The notes: generated from the sequence alone by a model not told the origin. DNA of 64,000 bases from Cyanophyceae cyanobacterium (GCA_050331735.1 JBHJGN010000023.1:128001-192000), one strand, 5' to 3'. Shown: positions 51,484 to 62,672, counted from the first letter of the stretch. Numbers and translations are program-made.

Positions 51484-52014
51484 GTGAAAGACAGAAGACG
51501 CAGTAATCGAGACATTCCTCAGATCAACAAAAATATTCGCTTCCCAGAAATCCGCGTGATTGACACTGATGGTGCTCAATTGGGCATTCTTACTCCCCAA
51601 GAGGCGCTGCGAGTGGCTGAAGAAAAAGAGCTAGATTTAGTTCTGGTGAGCGAAAGCGCTAAGCCTCCTGTTTGCCGCATCATGGACTATGGCAAATACA
51701 AATTTGAACAGGAAAAAAGAGCTAGAGAAGCCAAGAAAAAGCAGCATACAGCCGACGTCAAAGAAGTCAAAATGCGCTACAAGATTGGCGACAATGACTA
51801 TAATGTTCGCGTCAATCAAGCGCAGCGCTTTCTCAAATCAGGAGACAAGGTAAAAGCCACTGTAAGCTTTCGCGGTCGGGAAATTCAGCATATAAATTTA
51901 GCGGAGGAACTGCTGCGGCGTATGGCCACAGATCTCCAGGACTTTGCTGAAGTTCAGCAAGCGCCTAAGCGAGAAGGTCGCAACATGATGATGATGCTGT
52001 CTCCTAAAAAGTAA
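51484..52014 (+). CDS. infC: Translation initiation factor IF-3
   Basis: [34 protein letters not shown] start. Confidence 0.96.
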   Translation: MKDRRRSNRDIPQINKNIRFPEIRVIDTDGAQLGILTPQEALRVAEEKELDLVLVSESAKPPVCRIMDYGKYKFEQEKRAREAKKKQHTADVKEVKMRYKIGDNDYNVRVNQAQRFLKSGDKVKATVSFRGREIQHINLAEELLRRMATDLQDFAEVQQAPKREGRNMMMMLSPKK

Positions 52015-52026
52015 CTGATGGTGGTT

Positions 52027-52054
52027 AGTCATTCGTCATGCATGACGAATGACT
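52027..52054. terminator. Perfect 28-bp palindrome between convergent genes
   Basis: AGTCATTCGTCATG|CATGACGAATGACT. Confidence 0.65.
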
Positions 52055-52055
52055 C

Positions 52056-52736
52056 TCAAAAGGCAAACTCATTCAGCCGTTCCTGAAGCATCTCCGGGAA
52101 CTTGTCGTAGTAGGTTTGGTTAAGTGGGGAAGGGTGAGGAAGCGGCAGTAGCGTTACCTGACGCTGGTGAGTCATTCCTTGCTCGTCGCTGGCTGTAAGC
52201 GTCACTTCCAGCTTAGCCGTATAGCGATCGTCTCCTTGCTCCCAAAACTGAGTGACTTCTCCCTTCCTGCCGTAGGGAATAAACCACTTAAAGGCTTCTG
52301 TCCCAAGGGTGATAATTTGATGGCCCTGCCAATGCATTACCAGCAATCGCTCTACGAATGGACGAAACCGCTTTTTGACAGCAGCAGAATAAGCTTTATT
52401 GCCCGGAGGTTTATAGGGCACCGTATTTGAGAGCAAAACGCGATCGCAGACCGTGGCTAAATCCTCTTTGCCGTTCGCTTCTTGGTGGTGGATTGCTCGA
52501 TACAGACCCTCTCGCACCAAGCTGCCAGCAGCCCCAATCAGCGGTTGACCGGCAAAAACTTCATCTCTGCCAAGGTCACGCCCAAAAAAGCAGCATTTAC
52601 TCTTTAAATTGCCCGCATACAGAACCGGGTAGGTAGGATCTTTCTTGGCGGCTCGGTAAACAGGCTGATCGACGGGAAAATCTTCTCGTTGGGCTTCCTG
52701 CTGAGTTTGCGCGATTAAAGTTTCGATGTCTGACAT
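52056..52736 (-). CDS. Uracil-DNA glycosylase superfamily protein
   Basis: GRDLG.DE...GQPLIGAAG, NTVPYKPPGN, IITLG, LPHPSP. Confidence 0.85.
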   Translation of the reverse strand: MSDIETLIAQTQQEAQREDFPVDQPVYRAAKKDPTYPVLYAGNLKSKCCFFGRDLGRDEVFAGQPLIGAAGSLVREGLYRAIHHQEANGKEDLATVCDRVLLSNTVPYKPPGNKAYSAAVKKRFRPFVERLLVMHWQGHQIITLGTEAFKWFIPYGRKGEVTQFWEQGDDRYTAKLEVTLTASDEQGMTHQRQVTLLPLPHPSPLNQTYYDKFPEMLQERLNEFAF

Positions 52737-53048
52737 TGAACTGGGTAATAGAGGTTTTAGCGATCGCGATTGCTAAGATACCAGACAATCGCTGCTAATG
52801 TATCTATATAAAGTACAGTTATTCGTCATTCGTGAAGAATCTGTTCTTCCAGGATGGGGAAAGGTCGGCGTTAGAACGCAGTTTTCTGACTCGATAGCAC
52901 AAAAGCGGTCTCTGGAGGCTTGACTTCTTGGGCATAATCTTGCTAGCTATTGGTTGAGCTATTTTGGGTTTTGCTATTGCCGTTCGCGGGGGCTGACTGC
53001 CTTCACTGCTAACGTTCGGCTCTTCTTCCAGCTAAAGCTGGGTTAACC

Positions 53049-54041
53049 ATGAAACTATTTTTGTGGTCTGTCGTCCTGTTAGCGGCTGTATGGGCTGCCC
53101 ACTGGGGAGCAGACAAACTTGCTAACCCCTTAGAAAAACTGCGCCGTCAGTGGGGCTTAAGTGAAGCCGCTGGAGCTGCCTTTGTCGCTCTTGCTACCGC
53201 CAGTCCAGAAATTGGCACGAATACTGCCAGCGCTATTCAAGGACTGTCTGATATTGGCCTAGGCAACTTACTCGGCAGCAATATTATCTCCGTCCCCGCG
53301 ATTGTTACCGTTGCTTTCATCGCTTCAAGAACGAATTCCGAGCAGCCGTCAGAAACCAATCGGAAACCCGTAGTTTTGCGAGTCAAGCCAGAAGCATTGA
53401 AGGTCCAGGCCATTCCCTATCTGGTGATTGTGGCTCTAGCGGCGCTGCTCATCTTGCCACCGCCTTGGCAAGGGCTACAGCCCATTGATGGCTGGATTAT
53501 GCTCGTCGCCTACTTGGTTTACGCCGGACAGGCCATCCTGCGCGAACAGCAGCAAAATCGCCGGGTCCGGTGGCAAAAACAAGAGATTGTCCTCGCTCTC
53601 GCCGGAGTGTTGTCCTTGGCCATTGGCGCTTACTTCACCGTCACCGCAACAGAACAAATTGTTTCTGTCCTCGGCATCTCTGAGCTAATTGGCGGATTGT
53701 TTATTACCTCAACTCTCAGTATTGCTCCAGAAGTGTTTGCCACCTGGAGCGTTGCTAGAAGCGGACAGGTCACAGCCGCCACCACCAGCGTGATTGCGGA
53801 TAATACAGCAACCATGACGCTGGCGCTGTTGCCTCTCGCTCTGGTCTCAATTCCGATTAAAGACGTGCAGTTGTTTGTCGTCAATTTAGCTTTTGTCGCT
53901 TTATTGGCAGCGGTGTACGCGGGTTTGATCCAGTGGGGGAAAGAACAACACAGTTTTGAGCTTTGGGAGGTACTGACTCTGATTGCTATTTATGTTGCTT
54001 ATTTAGGAGTCATGGTATTTTGGGTTCTCAATATTTTTTAG
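53049..54041 (+). CDS. Sodium:calcium antiporter (CaCA family)
   Basis: Two alpha repeats (ATASPE...GNLLGSNI; SIAPE...IADN), about 10 transmembrane segments. Confidence 0.85.
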   Translation: MKLFLWSVVLLAAVWAAHWGADKLANPLEKLRRQWGLSEAAGAAFVALATASPEIGTNTASAIQGLSDIGLGNLLGSNIISVPAIVTVAFIASRTNSEQPSETNRKPVVLRVKPEALKVQAIPYLVIVALAALLILPPPWQGLQPIDGWIMLVAYLVYAGQAILREQQQNRRVRWQKQEIVLALAGVLSLAIGAYFTVTATEQIVSVLGISELIGGLFITSTLSIAPEVFATWSVARSGQVTAATTSVIADNTATMTLALLPLALVSIPIKDVQLFVVNLAFVALLAAVYAGLIQWGKEQHSFELWEVLTLIAIYVAYLGVMVFWVLNIF

Positions 54042-54127
54042 GGCTCGGTTAAACCGATGTGTCTAGGGGAAAGGGGACTAGCAATCGGTTTGAGTTTACA
54101 CTGACAGAGATCCTTTCTTCCTCCTTC

Positions 54128-55366
54128 ATGAAGCGCCTACAGAATTGGCTCCCTCAGCTTCAGTCTCAAGTTTGGCTTCTCGCCGCCGGACGATTGTTAT
54201 CTCAGGTGGGCACTGGCTTTATTTTTTTCTATGCGCCGATCTTCTTTGTGAATCAGGTGGGCATCTCAGCGACGCTGGTTGGCATTGGCATTGGCAGCGC
54301 TTCTGTATCTGGAGTCGTGGGGCGCTTTTTAGGCGGAGCGTTTGCCGATTCTCAGTTTTGGGGGCGCCGGCGAACTTTGTTGCTGTCTGCCGCTGTATCG
54401 GCGATCGCTGATGTTGTCCTAGCCCTCACAACTAACTTTGCCACCCTCGTAGTTGGTAACTTACTGATGGGTCTGGGTCAGGGGCTGTATTGGCCCGCTA
54501 CCGAAGCAGCGGTAGCCGATTTAACTACTCCAGAAGACCGGAACGAAGCCTTTGCGATGACGCGACTGGCCGATAGCCTTGGGTTAGGAGTCGGGGTGGT
54601 GTTAGGCGGAGCGCTGATTTCTGCCTCCGGTAACTATCGCGTTCTGTTTGTCATCGACGGGATCTCGTTTGTGCTGTTCTTTGGGCTAATTTATCGTGCG
54701 ATCACCGAAACCTACCAATCTCAAGAACACCAGCAGCGTCCGCAACAGACCTGGCTAACAGCGCTTCAAGACCGACGTTTTCTCCTCTACCTCGTTGTCA
54801 ATATTCTCTTTACCACCAATATCGCTCAAGTGCAGAGTACTCTGCCGCTGTACTTAAAAAATCACGTCTCCGAGCCGGGTTTTTCTGCCACCGCCATCAG
54901 CGCTCTCTTCACCTGGCACATTGCCTTTGCCGCCCTCTGTCAAATTCCGGTTGCTCGCTTTCTCAAGCGTTTTGGTCGGCCCCGCGCTTTGAGCCTTTCC
55001 CTCCTGCTTTGGAGCGGTGGGTTTGTGCTGATTTGGGGGGCAGGCGTGGCTCTCGATCCCCTGCTGTGGGCCATTGCTGCGCTAGGAGTCTTGGCGATCG
55101 CGATGGTGGCCTATACCCCGATTGCTTCTGCTCTGGTCGTCGAGTTAGCCCCACCAGCCCTGCGCGGTGTTTACTTTTCCCTCAGCTCTCAGTGTTGGGC
55201 AGCGGGCTTCTTCATCGGTCCAGCGATTGGCGGTTGGGCCATGGACCAAACGACCGTCATTACCGATAGATTTTGGCTAGCAACCGCCGCCAGCAGTACC
55301 GTTGGTATTTTGCTCTTGCAGTATCTTGAGCGTCTTTTGCCCACTGATTCATCCGCAGAAAATTAG
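54128..55366 (+). CDS. MFS transporter
   Basis: GAFAD...WGRR motif A, about 12 hydrophobic segments; start taken at MKRLQ. Confidence 0.88.
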   Translation: MKRLQNWLPQLQSQVWLLAAGRLLSQVGTGFIFFYAPIFFVNQVGISATLVGIGIGSASVSGVVGRFLGGAFADSQFWGRRRTLLLSAAVSAIADVVLALTTNFATLVVGNLLMGLGQGLYWPATEAAVADLTTPEDRNEAFAMTRLADSLGLGVGVVLGGALISASGNYRVLFVIDGISFVLFFGLIYRAITETYQSQEHQQRPQQTWLTALQDRRFLLYLVVNILFTTNIAQVQSTLPLYLKNHVSEPGFSATAISALFTWHIAFAALCQIPVARFLKRFGRPRALSLSLLLWSGGFVLIWGAGVALDPLLWAIAALGVLAIAMVAYTPIASALVVELAPPALRGVYFSLSSQCWAAGFFIGPAIGGWAMDQTTVITDRFWLATAASSTVGILLLQYLERLLPTDSSAEN

Positions 55367-55417
55367 CATTGCCGATGCGCCTTTTTAATTCCCTCTATCC
55401 GCGGCGATAGTCACGCT

Positions 55418-58267
55418 CTACCAACGCGGCTCGTTCGCGATTAAAGCCGCCGCTTCCTGACTATCTAAGGGCTGAGAGAAAAAACGCCCTTGAGCATAGC
55501 TGCACTGAAGCTGTTTAAGCCGATCGAACTGCTCCGCCGTTTCTACCCCTTCAGCGATGACGGTGATGGCTAGTTTCTGCGCCAGGGCCATAATCGTTTC
55601 AATAATTTTCAGATTGCTGCGATCGCTCTCTATCCTGCTGATAAAGGAGCGATCGATTTTAAATCCATTGATGGGAAAGCGATGTAAACACCCCAGCGAT
55701 GAATAGCCAGTGCCGAAATTATCAATGTACAGCTCAACCCCCAGCTTTCGCAGCCCAGACATCGTAGAAACGGCGCGATCGCTAGACATAATCTCTTTTT
55801 CTGTAATTTCGAGCTTCAGACACTGCGAATCGATCTGCGTTTCCTGCAAAACGCGCTGAACCTCCTCGATCAGATTAAGCTGCTGAAACTGACCATTACA
55901 GAGATTAACGCTTACGGCTAGCGCACGACTCGCGAGCGGCAAACTAGTTCCGTGTTGCCATTCCTGAAGCTGTCGGCACGTTTGCTGAATTGTCCAGCGA
56001 CCGATTCCGGTCATCAGCTCGGTTTCTTGAGCAACGGCTAAGAATTCCTCTGGCTCTAGCAGACCTCGCTGAGGATGCTGCCAGCGCAGCAGCGCTTCAA
56101 AGCCGTTGAGGGTTCCCGTCGTCATCGAGACAACGGGTTGGTAGTAAAGTTCAAACTCTTCCTGCTCGACGGCTCGCCGGAGGTCAGTTTCCAACTGAAG
56201 GCGTTCAACAGCGCGCGCCAGCATGCCATCATTAAACATTTCGTAACGTCCCTTGCCGCGCTCCTTGGCGCGGTACATGGCAATATCGGCATCGCGCAGC
56301 AGATCGGCGGCCTGACTGTAGTTGCTGGTGTTGAGGGCAATACCGATGCTGGTTCCGGTAAACACCTCTTGTCCATTCAGCACAAAGGGGCTGCTAATTT
56401 CCTCTTGGATTCTTTCGGCCACGCGAATCGCATCGCTGGCATCTCTAATATCTTCAAGCAACACGGTAAATTCGTCGCCGCCTAAGCGGGCTGCGGTATC
56501 AATCGGTCGCAGGCACTGTTCGAGGCGACGGGCGATCGCTATCAGCAACCAATCTCCAGTGGTATGACCGAGACTGTCGTTGATCACCTTGAAACGATCT
56601 AAGTCTAGAAACAGCACCGCAAATAGATAGTTCTCCTGTCGCTGACTGCGTTCGAGGGCCTGATTCAGGCGATCCGTAAATAATGCCCGATTTGGTAATT
56701 TTGTCAAGGCATCGTAGAAGGCATTTTGAAAGAGCTGCTGTTCTGCCTGCTTTTGCTCGGTAATATCGCGACCAATGATATATAGTTCGACTGGCTCGCC
56801 TTCGTCGTTAAGCAGGAGTTGGCTGCGCTGGCGAATCCAGAGGGCAGAACCGTTTTTGTGGCGTTTACGCAGTTCCTGTTCGCAAAAGAGCTGTCGCTTG
56901 GTGAAGGTAGCTTCGAGCCACTGCTGGACCCACTCGCGGTCGGGTTCGTATACGGTCATCAGAGCAGACTGACCGAGCAATTCTGCTTTCGAGTAGCCTA
57001 AATAGGCGGCTCCAAACTGATTGACAGAAACAATCGTCCCGTCAGGAGCAATAGAAAAATAGGCATCAGGAGCGTTATCGTAAAGAGCGCGGTACTTTTC
57101 TTGGCTCTGTTGTAGCTCTTTTTCTGAACGTTTACGTTCAGTAATATCGCGGCAGGTCGCGACAATTCCCTCGACGACGTTATTCGTCAATAGATTTTTG
57201 GCAACAATTTCAAAATGACGCCAACTTCGGTCGCGATGCCGCAAGCGAAGTTCTTGTGTCAGATTGGTATCTGCCGCTTTCGCTAAGACCTGCTCCCAGA
57301 AGCGTTTTGCTTGGGAAATATCGTCAGGGTGAATCAGCAAATCAGCTTGTTTGCCGAGCCATTTCTCCGGCTTGTGCTGCAAAATTGTCTCGGTAGCGGG
57401 ACTTAAATAATTAATGGTGCCGTCTGCGGCGACAATGGCAACAATATCCGAGGCGTTTTGAACAAGAGCGCGAAAGCGTTCTTCACTTTGCCCTTGAGCG
57501 ATCGCCGTTGCTCGACTGGCTGTCGAGCGTTGCCCAAAGAAAGAGGCCAGAAGCGTCAGGAACAAAATGACGAGCGCTGCTGCGCCGATCATGACCGCTA
57601 AGCGAGCATGATTAGTGCCAGGAGGTTGCTGAAGAGCGACGCTTTGAATCGGTCGGTAATCAACAGCAGCCATAGCTAAGTAGTGCATCCCAACAATCGC
57701 CGCTGCCATTAGCGACATGCTGCTTACCTTGCGGACAATCTCGTGCATGAGCTGCTCGGAGCGCTGATGAAAAGCAATTCCCAAAGCTCCGCCCGAAAAT
57801 CCAACCGCCGTCACGACAGATAACGTCATCCACTGGGGATCGTAGTAAGCGATCGCATTCACTCGTACCGCTTCCATCGCCGTTAGGTGTAGACCGACGA
57901 TGCCTAATCCTACTAGCAGGGCTCCCAGAAGCAAAGACTGAGACGTTAATGGATGCTGGCGAGTCACCACATAGAGCCCAGCCCCAGCCCCAGCAACTGA
58001 CACCGCCATTGCCACCAGCACGACAGGAAAATTATAGGCGATGGGAATCGATAGCCGATAGGCCAGCATGGCCACAAAGTGCTGTGCCCAGATGCTAATT
58101 CCGAGGGTCAGCGCTCCTCCTAAGAGCCAATACTTTCTTCTTTGGCTACCAATGATCTGTTCGGCTAAATCAAGAGCGATATAGGAACCGAACACCGCAA
58201 TGGCAACGGAAAGAATCACCAGGCGAGGGTCGTAGGTCTCAGTTAAAATGGTGCCTGCCTGTGCCAT
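55418..58267 (-). CDS. MHYT-PAS-PAS-GGDEF-EAL c-di-GMP signalling protein
   Basis: QHFVAM/LHLTAM/MHYLAM membrane repeats, two PAS domains, RLGGDEF, FEALLRW, IDNFGTGYSSL. Confidence 0.92.
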   Translation of the reverse strand: MAQAGTILTETYDPRLVILSVAIAVFGSYIALDLAEQIIGSQRRKYWLLGGALTLGISIWAQHFVAMLAYRLSIPIAYNFPVVLVAMAVSVAGAGAGLYVVTRQHPLTSQSLLLGALLVGLGIVGLHLTAMEAVRVNAIAYYDPQWMTLSVVTAVGFSGGALGIAFHQRSEQLMHEIVRKVSSMSLMAAAIVGMHYLAMAAVDYRPIQSVALQQPPGTNHARLAVMIGAAALVILFLTLLASFFGQRSTASRATAIAQGQSEERFRALVQNASDIVAIVAADGTINYLSPATETILQHKPEKWLGKQADLLIHPDDISQAKRFWEQVLAKAADTNLTQELRLRHRDRSWRHFEIVAKNLLTNNVVEGIVATCRDITERKRSEKELQQSQEKYRALYDNAPDAYFSIAPDGTIVSVNQFGAAYLGYSKAELLGQSALMTVYEPDREWVQQWLEATFTKRQLFCEQELRKRHKNGSALWIRQRSQLLLNDEGEPVELYIIGRDITEQKQAEQQLFQNAFYDALTKLPNRALFTDRLNQALERSQRQENYLFAVLFLDLDRFKVINDSLGHTTGDWLLIAIARRLEQCLRPIDTAARLGGDEFTVLLEDIRDASDAIRVAERIQEEISSPFVLNGQEVFTGTSIGIALNTSNYSQAADLLRDADIAMYRAKERGKGRYEMFNDGMLARAVERLQLETDLRRAVEQEEFELYYQPVVSMTTGTLNGFEALLRWQHPQRGLLEPEEFLAVAQETELMTGIGRWTIQQTCRQLQEWQHGTSLPLASRALAVSVNLCNGQFQQLNLIEEVQRVLQETQIDSQCLKLEITEKEIMSSDRAVSTMSGLRKLGVELYIDNFGTGYSSLGCLHRFPINGFKIDRSFISRIESDRSNLKIIETIMALAQKLAITVIAEGVETAEQFDRLKQLQCSYAQGRFFSQPLDSQEAAALIANEPRW

Positions 58268-58351
58268 GTGTCGAGTATCAGACTAAGCAACAATAATCGG
58301 CTCATTCTAGCACAATCGCCCCATTTGTGTTCGTTGGCGGTCTTTTGTCCG

Positions 58352-58987
58352 TTATCGTCTTTTCTGGAGCTGACGATAAACATCACGAAGTTCTACGTTG
58401 TGATGAACAAGAGCAACTAAAACATGATATAACAAGTCAGCCACTTCAGATGCAATCGCTTCCGGGTCGTCGTCTTTACACGCCATCACCACTTCGGTGG
58501 CTTCTTCACCGAGCTTTTTGAGAATTTTGTTGTCGCCCCCCTCAAAGAGCTGACAGGTATAGGAACCAGCCACCGGATGCTGAGCGCGATCGCTGACGAC
58601 TTTAAACACCTCCGATAACGTATCTGCCGGGGGAGCGACTTTGGTGCTGTCTACCTGATGAAAGCAGCTTCTTTCCCCGGTGTGGCAGGCAACATCGCCA
58701 ACCTGCTCAACGCTAACGAGGAGAGCATCGCTGTCGCAGTCGTACCGCAGAGAGCGAACTTTTTGAATCTGCCCAGAAGTAGCGCCTTTATGCCACAGTT
58801 CCTGGCGAGAACGGCTCCAGTACCACACTTCGCCAGTGGCGAGGGTTTTTAAAAGCGAGTCTCGGTTCATCCACGCCATCATCAGCACCGTTCCGTCGAG
58901 GTAATCTTGAGCGATCACCGGAACAAGACCTCGATCGTCGTAGCGAATGGCGTCGACGGGAATGGCGGTTGAGTTAGTTGAGAACAT
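58352..58987 (-). CDS. hisIE: Phosphoribosyl-AMP cyclohydrolase / phosphoribosyl-ATP pyrophosphatase
   Basis: [42 protein letters not shown]. Confidence 0.96.
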   Translation of the reverse strand: MFSTNSTAIPVDAIRYDDRGLVPVIAQDYLDGTVLMMAWMNRDSLLKTLATGEVWYWSRSRQELWHKGATSGQIQKVRSLRYDCDSDALLVSVEQVGDVACHTGERSCFHQVDSTKVAPPADTLSEVFKVVSDRAQHPVAGSYTCQLFEGGDNKILKKLGEEATEVVMACKDDDPEAIASEVADLLYHVLVALVHHNVELRDVYRQLQKRR

Positions 58988-59197
58988 AGTCTAACTGGGA
59001 AGAGAAAATATAGGCTAACAGATATTGTCTCGCACTTGGCGGCTTTGAGGGCAACCGCAACGAGGCGCAAAGAGAGCCGACAAAAAAAGGTCAGAGACAA
59101 TGGACCTTGACCTCTAGGTTAAGATCGTAGAATGATCGCGATCGCTGACTAAAATTACCTCGACGCTTTTTAAAATATCGAAGATAAGGAGCAAGGA

Positions 59198-60499
59198 TTG
59201 GTTACAACAACTTCTTTTCAAACTACCAAATCAGAAGAAATTTTTACAGCGGCTCAAAAGCTGATGCCCGGTGGAGTCAGCTCTCCAGTGCGAGCCTTTA
59301 AATCGGTTGGCGGACAGCCGATTGTGTTTGACCGAGTAAGCGGAGCCTATATCTGGGATGTTGACGGCAATCAGTATATTGATTACGTCGGGACGTGGGG
59401 ACCGGCCATCTGCGGTCACGCTCATCCGGATGTGATTGCGGCTCTGCACGATGCTTTAGAGAAGGGAACCAGCTTTGGCGCTCCCTCTGTGCAGGAAAAT
59501 ATTCTCGCGGAGATGGTTATTGAGGCCGTTCCCAGTATTGATATTGTCCGCTTTGTCAATTCCGGAACGGAAGCCTGTATGTCGGTTCTGCGACTCATGC
59601 GAGCCTTTACCGGACGTGAGCGCATCATTAAGTTTGCCGGCTGTTATCACGGTCATGCCGATATGTTTCTTGTTAAGGCTGGGTCGGGAGTGGCCACTCT
59701 CGGGTTGCCAGATTCTCCCGGCGTTCCTAAATCAGCGACTGACAATACCCTCACCGCTCCCTACAACGATTTAGAAGCCGTTAAAGCGCTATTTGCCGAC
59801 TATCCCGACCAGATTGCTGGAGTCATTCTGGAGCCAGTTGTTGGCAATTCTGGCTTTGTGGCTCCCGACGCTGGTTTTTTGGAGGGGTTGCGAGAACTGA
59901 CGCAAGACAACGGCGCTCTGCTCGTGTTTGACGAAGTGATGACCGGGTTCCGCATTGCCTACGGAGGAGCACAGGAAAAATTTGGCGTGACCCCCGATCT
60001 AACCACTCTTGGCAAAGTGATTGGTGGCGGCTTACCTGTAGGGGCTTACGGCGGACGGAAAGAGATCATGTCTTGGGTCGCGCCGTCAGGTCCAATGTAT
60101 CAAGCCGGGACTCTATCGGGGAATCCCCTCGCGATGACTGCCGGAATTAAGACGTTAGAGCTACTACAAAAACCAGGAACCTACGAGCAGCTCAATCAAG
60201 TTACGAAAAAGCTTACGAACGGGCTGCTGCAAATTGCTAGAGAAACGGGGCATGCCGTTTACGGCGGTCAAATTAGCGGCATGTTTGGCCTCTTCTTTAC
60301 CGGAGAACCAGTTCACAATTACGAGGATGCTAAGAAGTCGGACCTCGCCAAATTTGCGCGTTTTCATCGCGGCATGCTGGAGCGCGGCATTTACTTGGCT
60401 CCGTCTCAATTTGAAGCCGGATTTACCTCCCTCGCTCATACAGACGAAGATATTAATCGCACCCTAGCCGCGGCTAGAGAAGTGATGGCAAGTCTGTAA
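59198..60499 (+). CDS. hemL: Glutamate-1-semialdehyde 2,1-aminomutase
   Basis: [37 protein letters not shown] start after AAGGAG. Confidence 0.97.
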   Translation: MVTTTSFQTTKSEEIFTAAQKLMPGGVSSPVRAFKSVGGQPIVFDRVSGAYIWDVDGNQYIDYVGTWGPAICGHAHPDVIAALHDALEKGTSFGAPSVQENILAEMVIEAVPSIDIVRFVNSGTEACMSVLRLMRAFTGRERIIKFAGCYHGHADMFLVKAGSGVATLGLPDSPGVPKSATDNTLTAPYNDLEAVKALFADYPDQIAGVILEPVVGNSGFVAPDAGFLEGLRELTQDNGALLVFDEVMTGFRIAYGGAQEKFGVTPDLTTLGKVIGGGLPVGAYGGRKEIMSWVAPSGPMYQAGTLSGNPLAMTAGIKTLELLQKPGTYEQLNQVTKKLTNGLLQIARETGHAVYGGQISGMFGLFFTGEPVHNYEDAKKSDLAKFARFHRGMLERGIYLAPSQFEAGFTSLAHTDEDINRTLAAAREVMASL

Positions 60500-60710
60500 A
60501 GCGCCTGCGGCGCTGTACGCCTCCGGCATAGGAAAAAGGGGAAAGGGTAAGGGGAAAAGGAAGTAGTGATTCAGTTTCTTCCTTAGTCCTGTGTTCTTGT
60601 CCCGTCGCAGAGCGACTTGTTTCCCTGTCCCCTTTTCCCGTTCCGACTAGGAACTGTTTCCCCGTCTCGCCAGAGACAAATTTCCCCTTGCCCCGTCGCG
60701 TTCGCGACTA
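60500..60710. repeat. Modular mini-hairpin/GGGAAA repeat element, copy 5
   Basis: GCGCCtgcGGCGC, GTCGCagaGCGAC, GTTCCgactaGGAAC, GTCTCgccaGAGAC, GTCGCgttcGCGAC; reversed core TCAGTTTCTTCCTTAGTCCTGTGTTCT. Confidence 0.85.
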
Positions 60711-61199
60711 TCGGTAATTAGTAAACTGTAGCGCCACCGGAAAATCTTCTTGCTTGATGCGCTGAATTACCTGTTGAAGGTCGTCTTTTGCTTTACTAGA
60801 AACCCTGACAGAATCTCCCTGAATTGAAGCCTGCACTTTTTTGAAGTCATCCCGGACAATTTTGGTGATTTTTTTAGCAATGTCCTGGCTGATGCCCTTT
60901 TGGAGAGTGATTTCCTGCTGAACGCGGCTGCCACTAGCGGATTCGACCTTGCCATAATCGAAGATTTTTTGGGAAAGATTGCGCTTGGCTGCCTTCTGTC
61001 GCAGAATATCGTGAACAGATTCTAGCGTAAAATCGCTATTGGTGTTAACGGTAATGGTGTTTTCGCCCAGTTCGACCGTGGTTTTAGTGTCTTTAAGGTC
61101 GTAACGGTTCTTAATTTCTCGTATCGTTTGATCGACGGTATTAACCATTTCCTGTCGATCGAAATCACTAACGATATCAAATGAATAGGTAGAGGCCAT
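60708..61199 (-). CDS. yajQ: YajQ family nucleotide-binding protein
   Basis: [33 protein letters not shown]. Confidence 0.93.
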   Translation of the reverse strand: MASTYSFDIVSDFDRQEMVNTVDQTIREIKNRYDLKDTKTTVELGENTITVNTNSDFTLESVHDILRQKAAKRNLSQKIFDYGKVESASGSRVQQEITLQKGISQDIAKKITKIVRDDFKKVQASIQGDSVRVSSKAKDDLQQVIQRIKQEDFPVALQFTNYR

Positions 61200-61219
61200 A
61201 GGTGATCGTTAATTAATAT

Positions 61220-61639
61220 CTAGACAGCACTACTTATGGTAATTAAGCTCAGTCCAAACAGGGTAAAGCTACAGAGTGACCCAATAGCGAACATCAGCGA
61301 TCGCCCCCAGGGAAAATCGCTGATATAGAATACCCCGTGGAGGAGCCGCGCTCCTAAAAACGTGAGAGCGATTCCTGGGATTAAAGGCGAGTTAGCGCCC
61401 GTAACGTACGCCATCAATGCTGCCGCAGCGAAAATGGGAAAGGCTTCAATGGCGTTTTGGTGTGCCCAGGTCGCCCGCTGGGCGTAGCCAGGGAGCTTGT
61501 CGAACATGGAGCGAGGCGCTCCCATATTGTAGCCCACTTGGAAACGAGCATAGGCTACTGGCAGAAACGGTACGTAGATTAAGAGCGCTGCGCCGACAAT
61601 CGAGTAAAGCAGTATGGCGTTGGGGGCAGGATTGACCAT
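61220..61639 (-). CDS. MAPEG family membrane protein
   Basis: RATWAHQNAIEAFPIFAAA, ARLLH; start ATG 61639 overlaps the upstream stop. Confidence 0.88.
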   Translation of the reverse strand: MVNPAPNAILLYSIVGAALLIYVPFLPVAYARFQVGYNMGAPRSMFDKLPGYAQRATWAHQNAIEAFPIFAAAALMAYVTGANSPLIPGIALTFLGARLLHGVFYISDFPWGRSLMFAIGSLCSFTLFGLSLITISSAV

Positions 61640-62148
61640 CAGTCGAAGTAAAATAACGTTACTAGCTTCCGCTGTTCTTCGGCTTCTTGACACGTTTGAA
61701 GCAGCGTATGGCTGTCGTGAAAGGCAAAACAAACAAGCTGCTGGCAGCGAGACACAATTTCCCGATTACAAAGAGCGCTGGCTTCGGCTAAAGAGAGGCG
61801 GTCGTTCTCAGGATTCTCTACTAGATGCATCACCTTTTCGAGCTGAAGCCGCGACTCTTTAGGCTGGCGCTTGAGGCTTTGGGGCAAAATCACCGTTAAC
61901 AGAGTCGGATCGGCACGCATCGCGCCGCGGATGGCGGCTGAGTTCGTTCCCGTTGCGCCCGAGGTCAATAGGCGATTGCCCCCGAGTACTAGGGCATAGG
62001 TCATCATTTCGATGAGGCGCTGATGGGTAATCGGGACGTGCCGCGAACCCAAAATAGCAATTCGCTTTGATCCCGTCTCCTGAATCGTTGCTAGTTCCTG
62101 GGCTAATGTGTCTAATTGGGAAGTACTGATTTCTGCTGGCTGACTCAA
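61639..62148 (-). CDS. DprA/SMF-like Rossmann-fold (DNA recombination-mediator family) protein
   Basis: IAILGSR, TSGATGTNSAAIRGA, CNREIV. Confidence 0.75.
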   Translation of the reverse strand: MSQPAEISTSQLDTLAQELATIQETGSKRIAILGSRHVPITHQRLIEMMTYALVLGGNRLLTSGATGTNSAAIRGAMRADPTLLTVILPQSLKRQPKESRLQLEKVMHLVENPENDRLSLAEASALCNREIVSRCQQLVCFAFHDSHTLLQTCQEAEEQRKLVTLFYFD

Positions 62149-62320
62149 AGATCGCTTTTAAGCTAGATTATCCCAGATATTTTAGCAAACCCTGAACCGT
62201 TAAAGATCCTCAATTCGACAAAAGGAGAACAGGGCTTTGGGAGAAAGTTGACACGTCTTCATCATTGGGCTTAAACGTTGCTTGGAAAACTGAAACTGTG
62301 CTACTATGAAAGACCGTCTT

Positions 62321-62394
62321 GGACGCATAGCTCAGTTGGTTAGAGTACTACGTTGACATCGTAGGGGTCACTGGTTCGAGTCCAGTTGCGTCCA
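62321..62394 (+). tRNA. trnV: tRNA-Val(GAC)
   Basis: GGACGCATAGCTCAGTTGGTTAGAGTA-CTACG TT GAC AT CGTAG-GGGTCACTGGTTCGAGTCCAGTTGCGTCCA. Confidence 0.96.
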
Positions 62395-62514
62395 CTGACA
62401 GAGAACAGCATCGGTGTTGGGACTGAAGGCAAATCCCTCTGAATTTATTCTCTCCAGCGTTAGGATTAGAGCTGAAATCGACAGCCTTGGGGCAAACTCA
62501 AGCCTAGTTCAAGC

Positions 62515-62543
62515 AAAAAAAAGCCAGCGACTGTAGTCGCTGG
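62515..62543 (-). terminator. Rho-independent terminator downstream of the NFACT gene
   Basis: CCAGCGACT/AGTCGCTGG stem followed by T8 on the minus strand. Confidence 0.8.
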
Positions 62544-62672
62544 AGAATTAAATCGTTGTTGTTTGCAGAGAAAATCCCCTCGACAGCTTCGACAAGCTAT
62601 CGCTAGCAGAATTTCTTTTGAATCGATTGTAACAGAACATACCGAAGTTTGTAACGAAAAATAAAATTTTTG

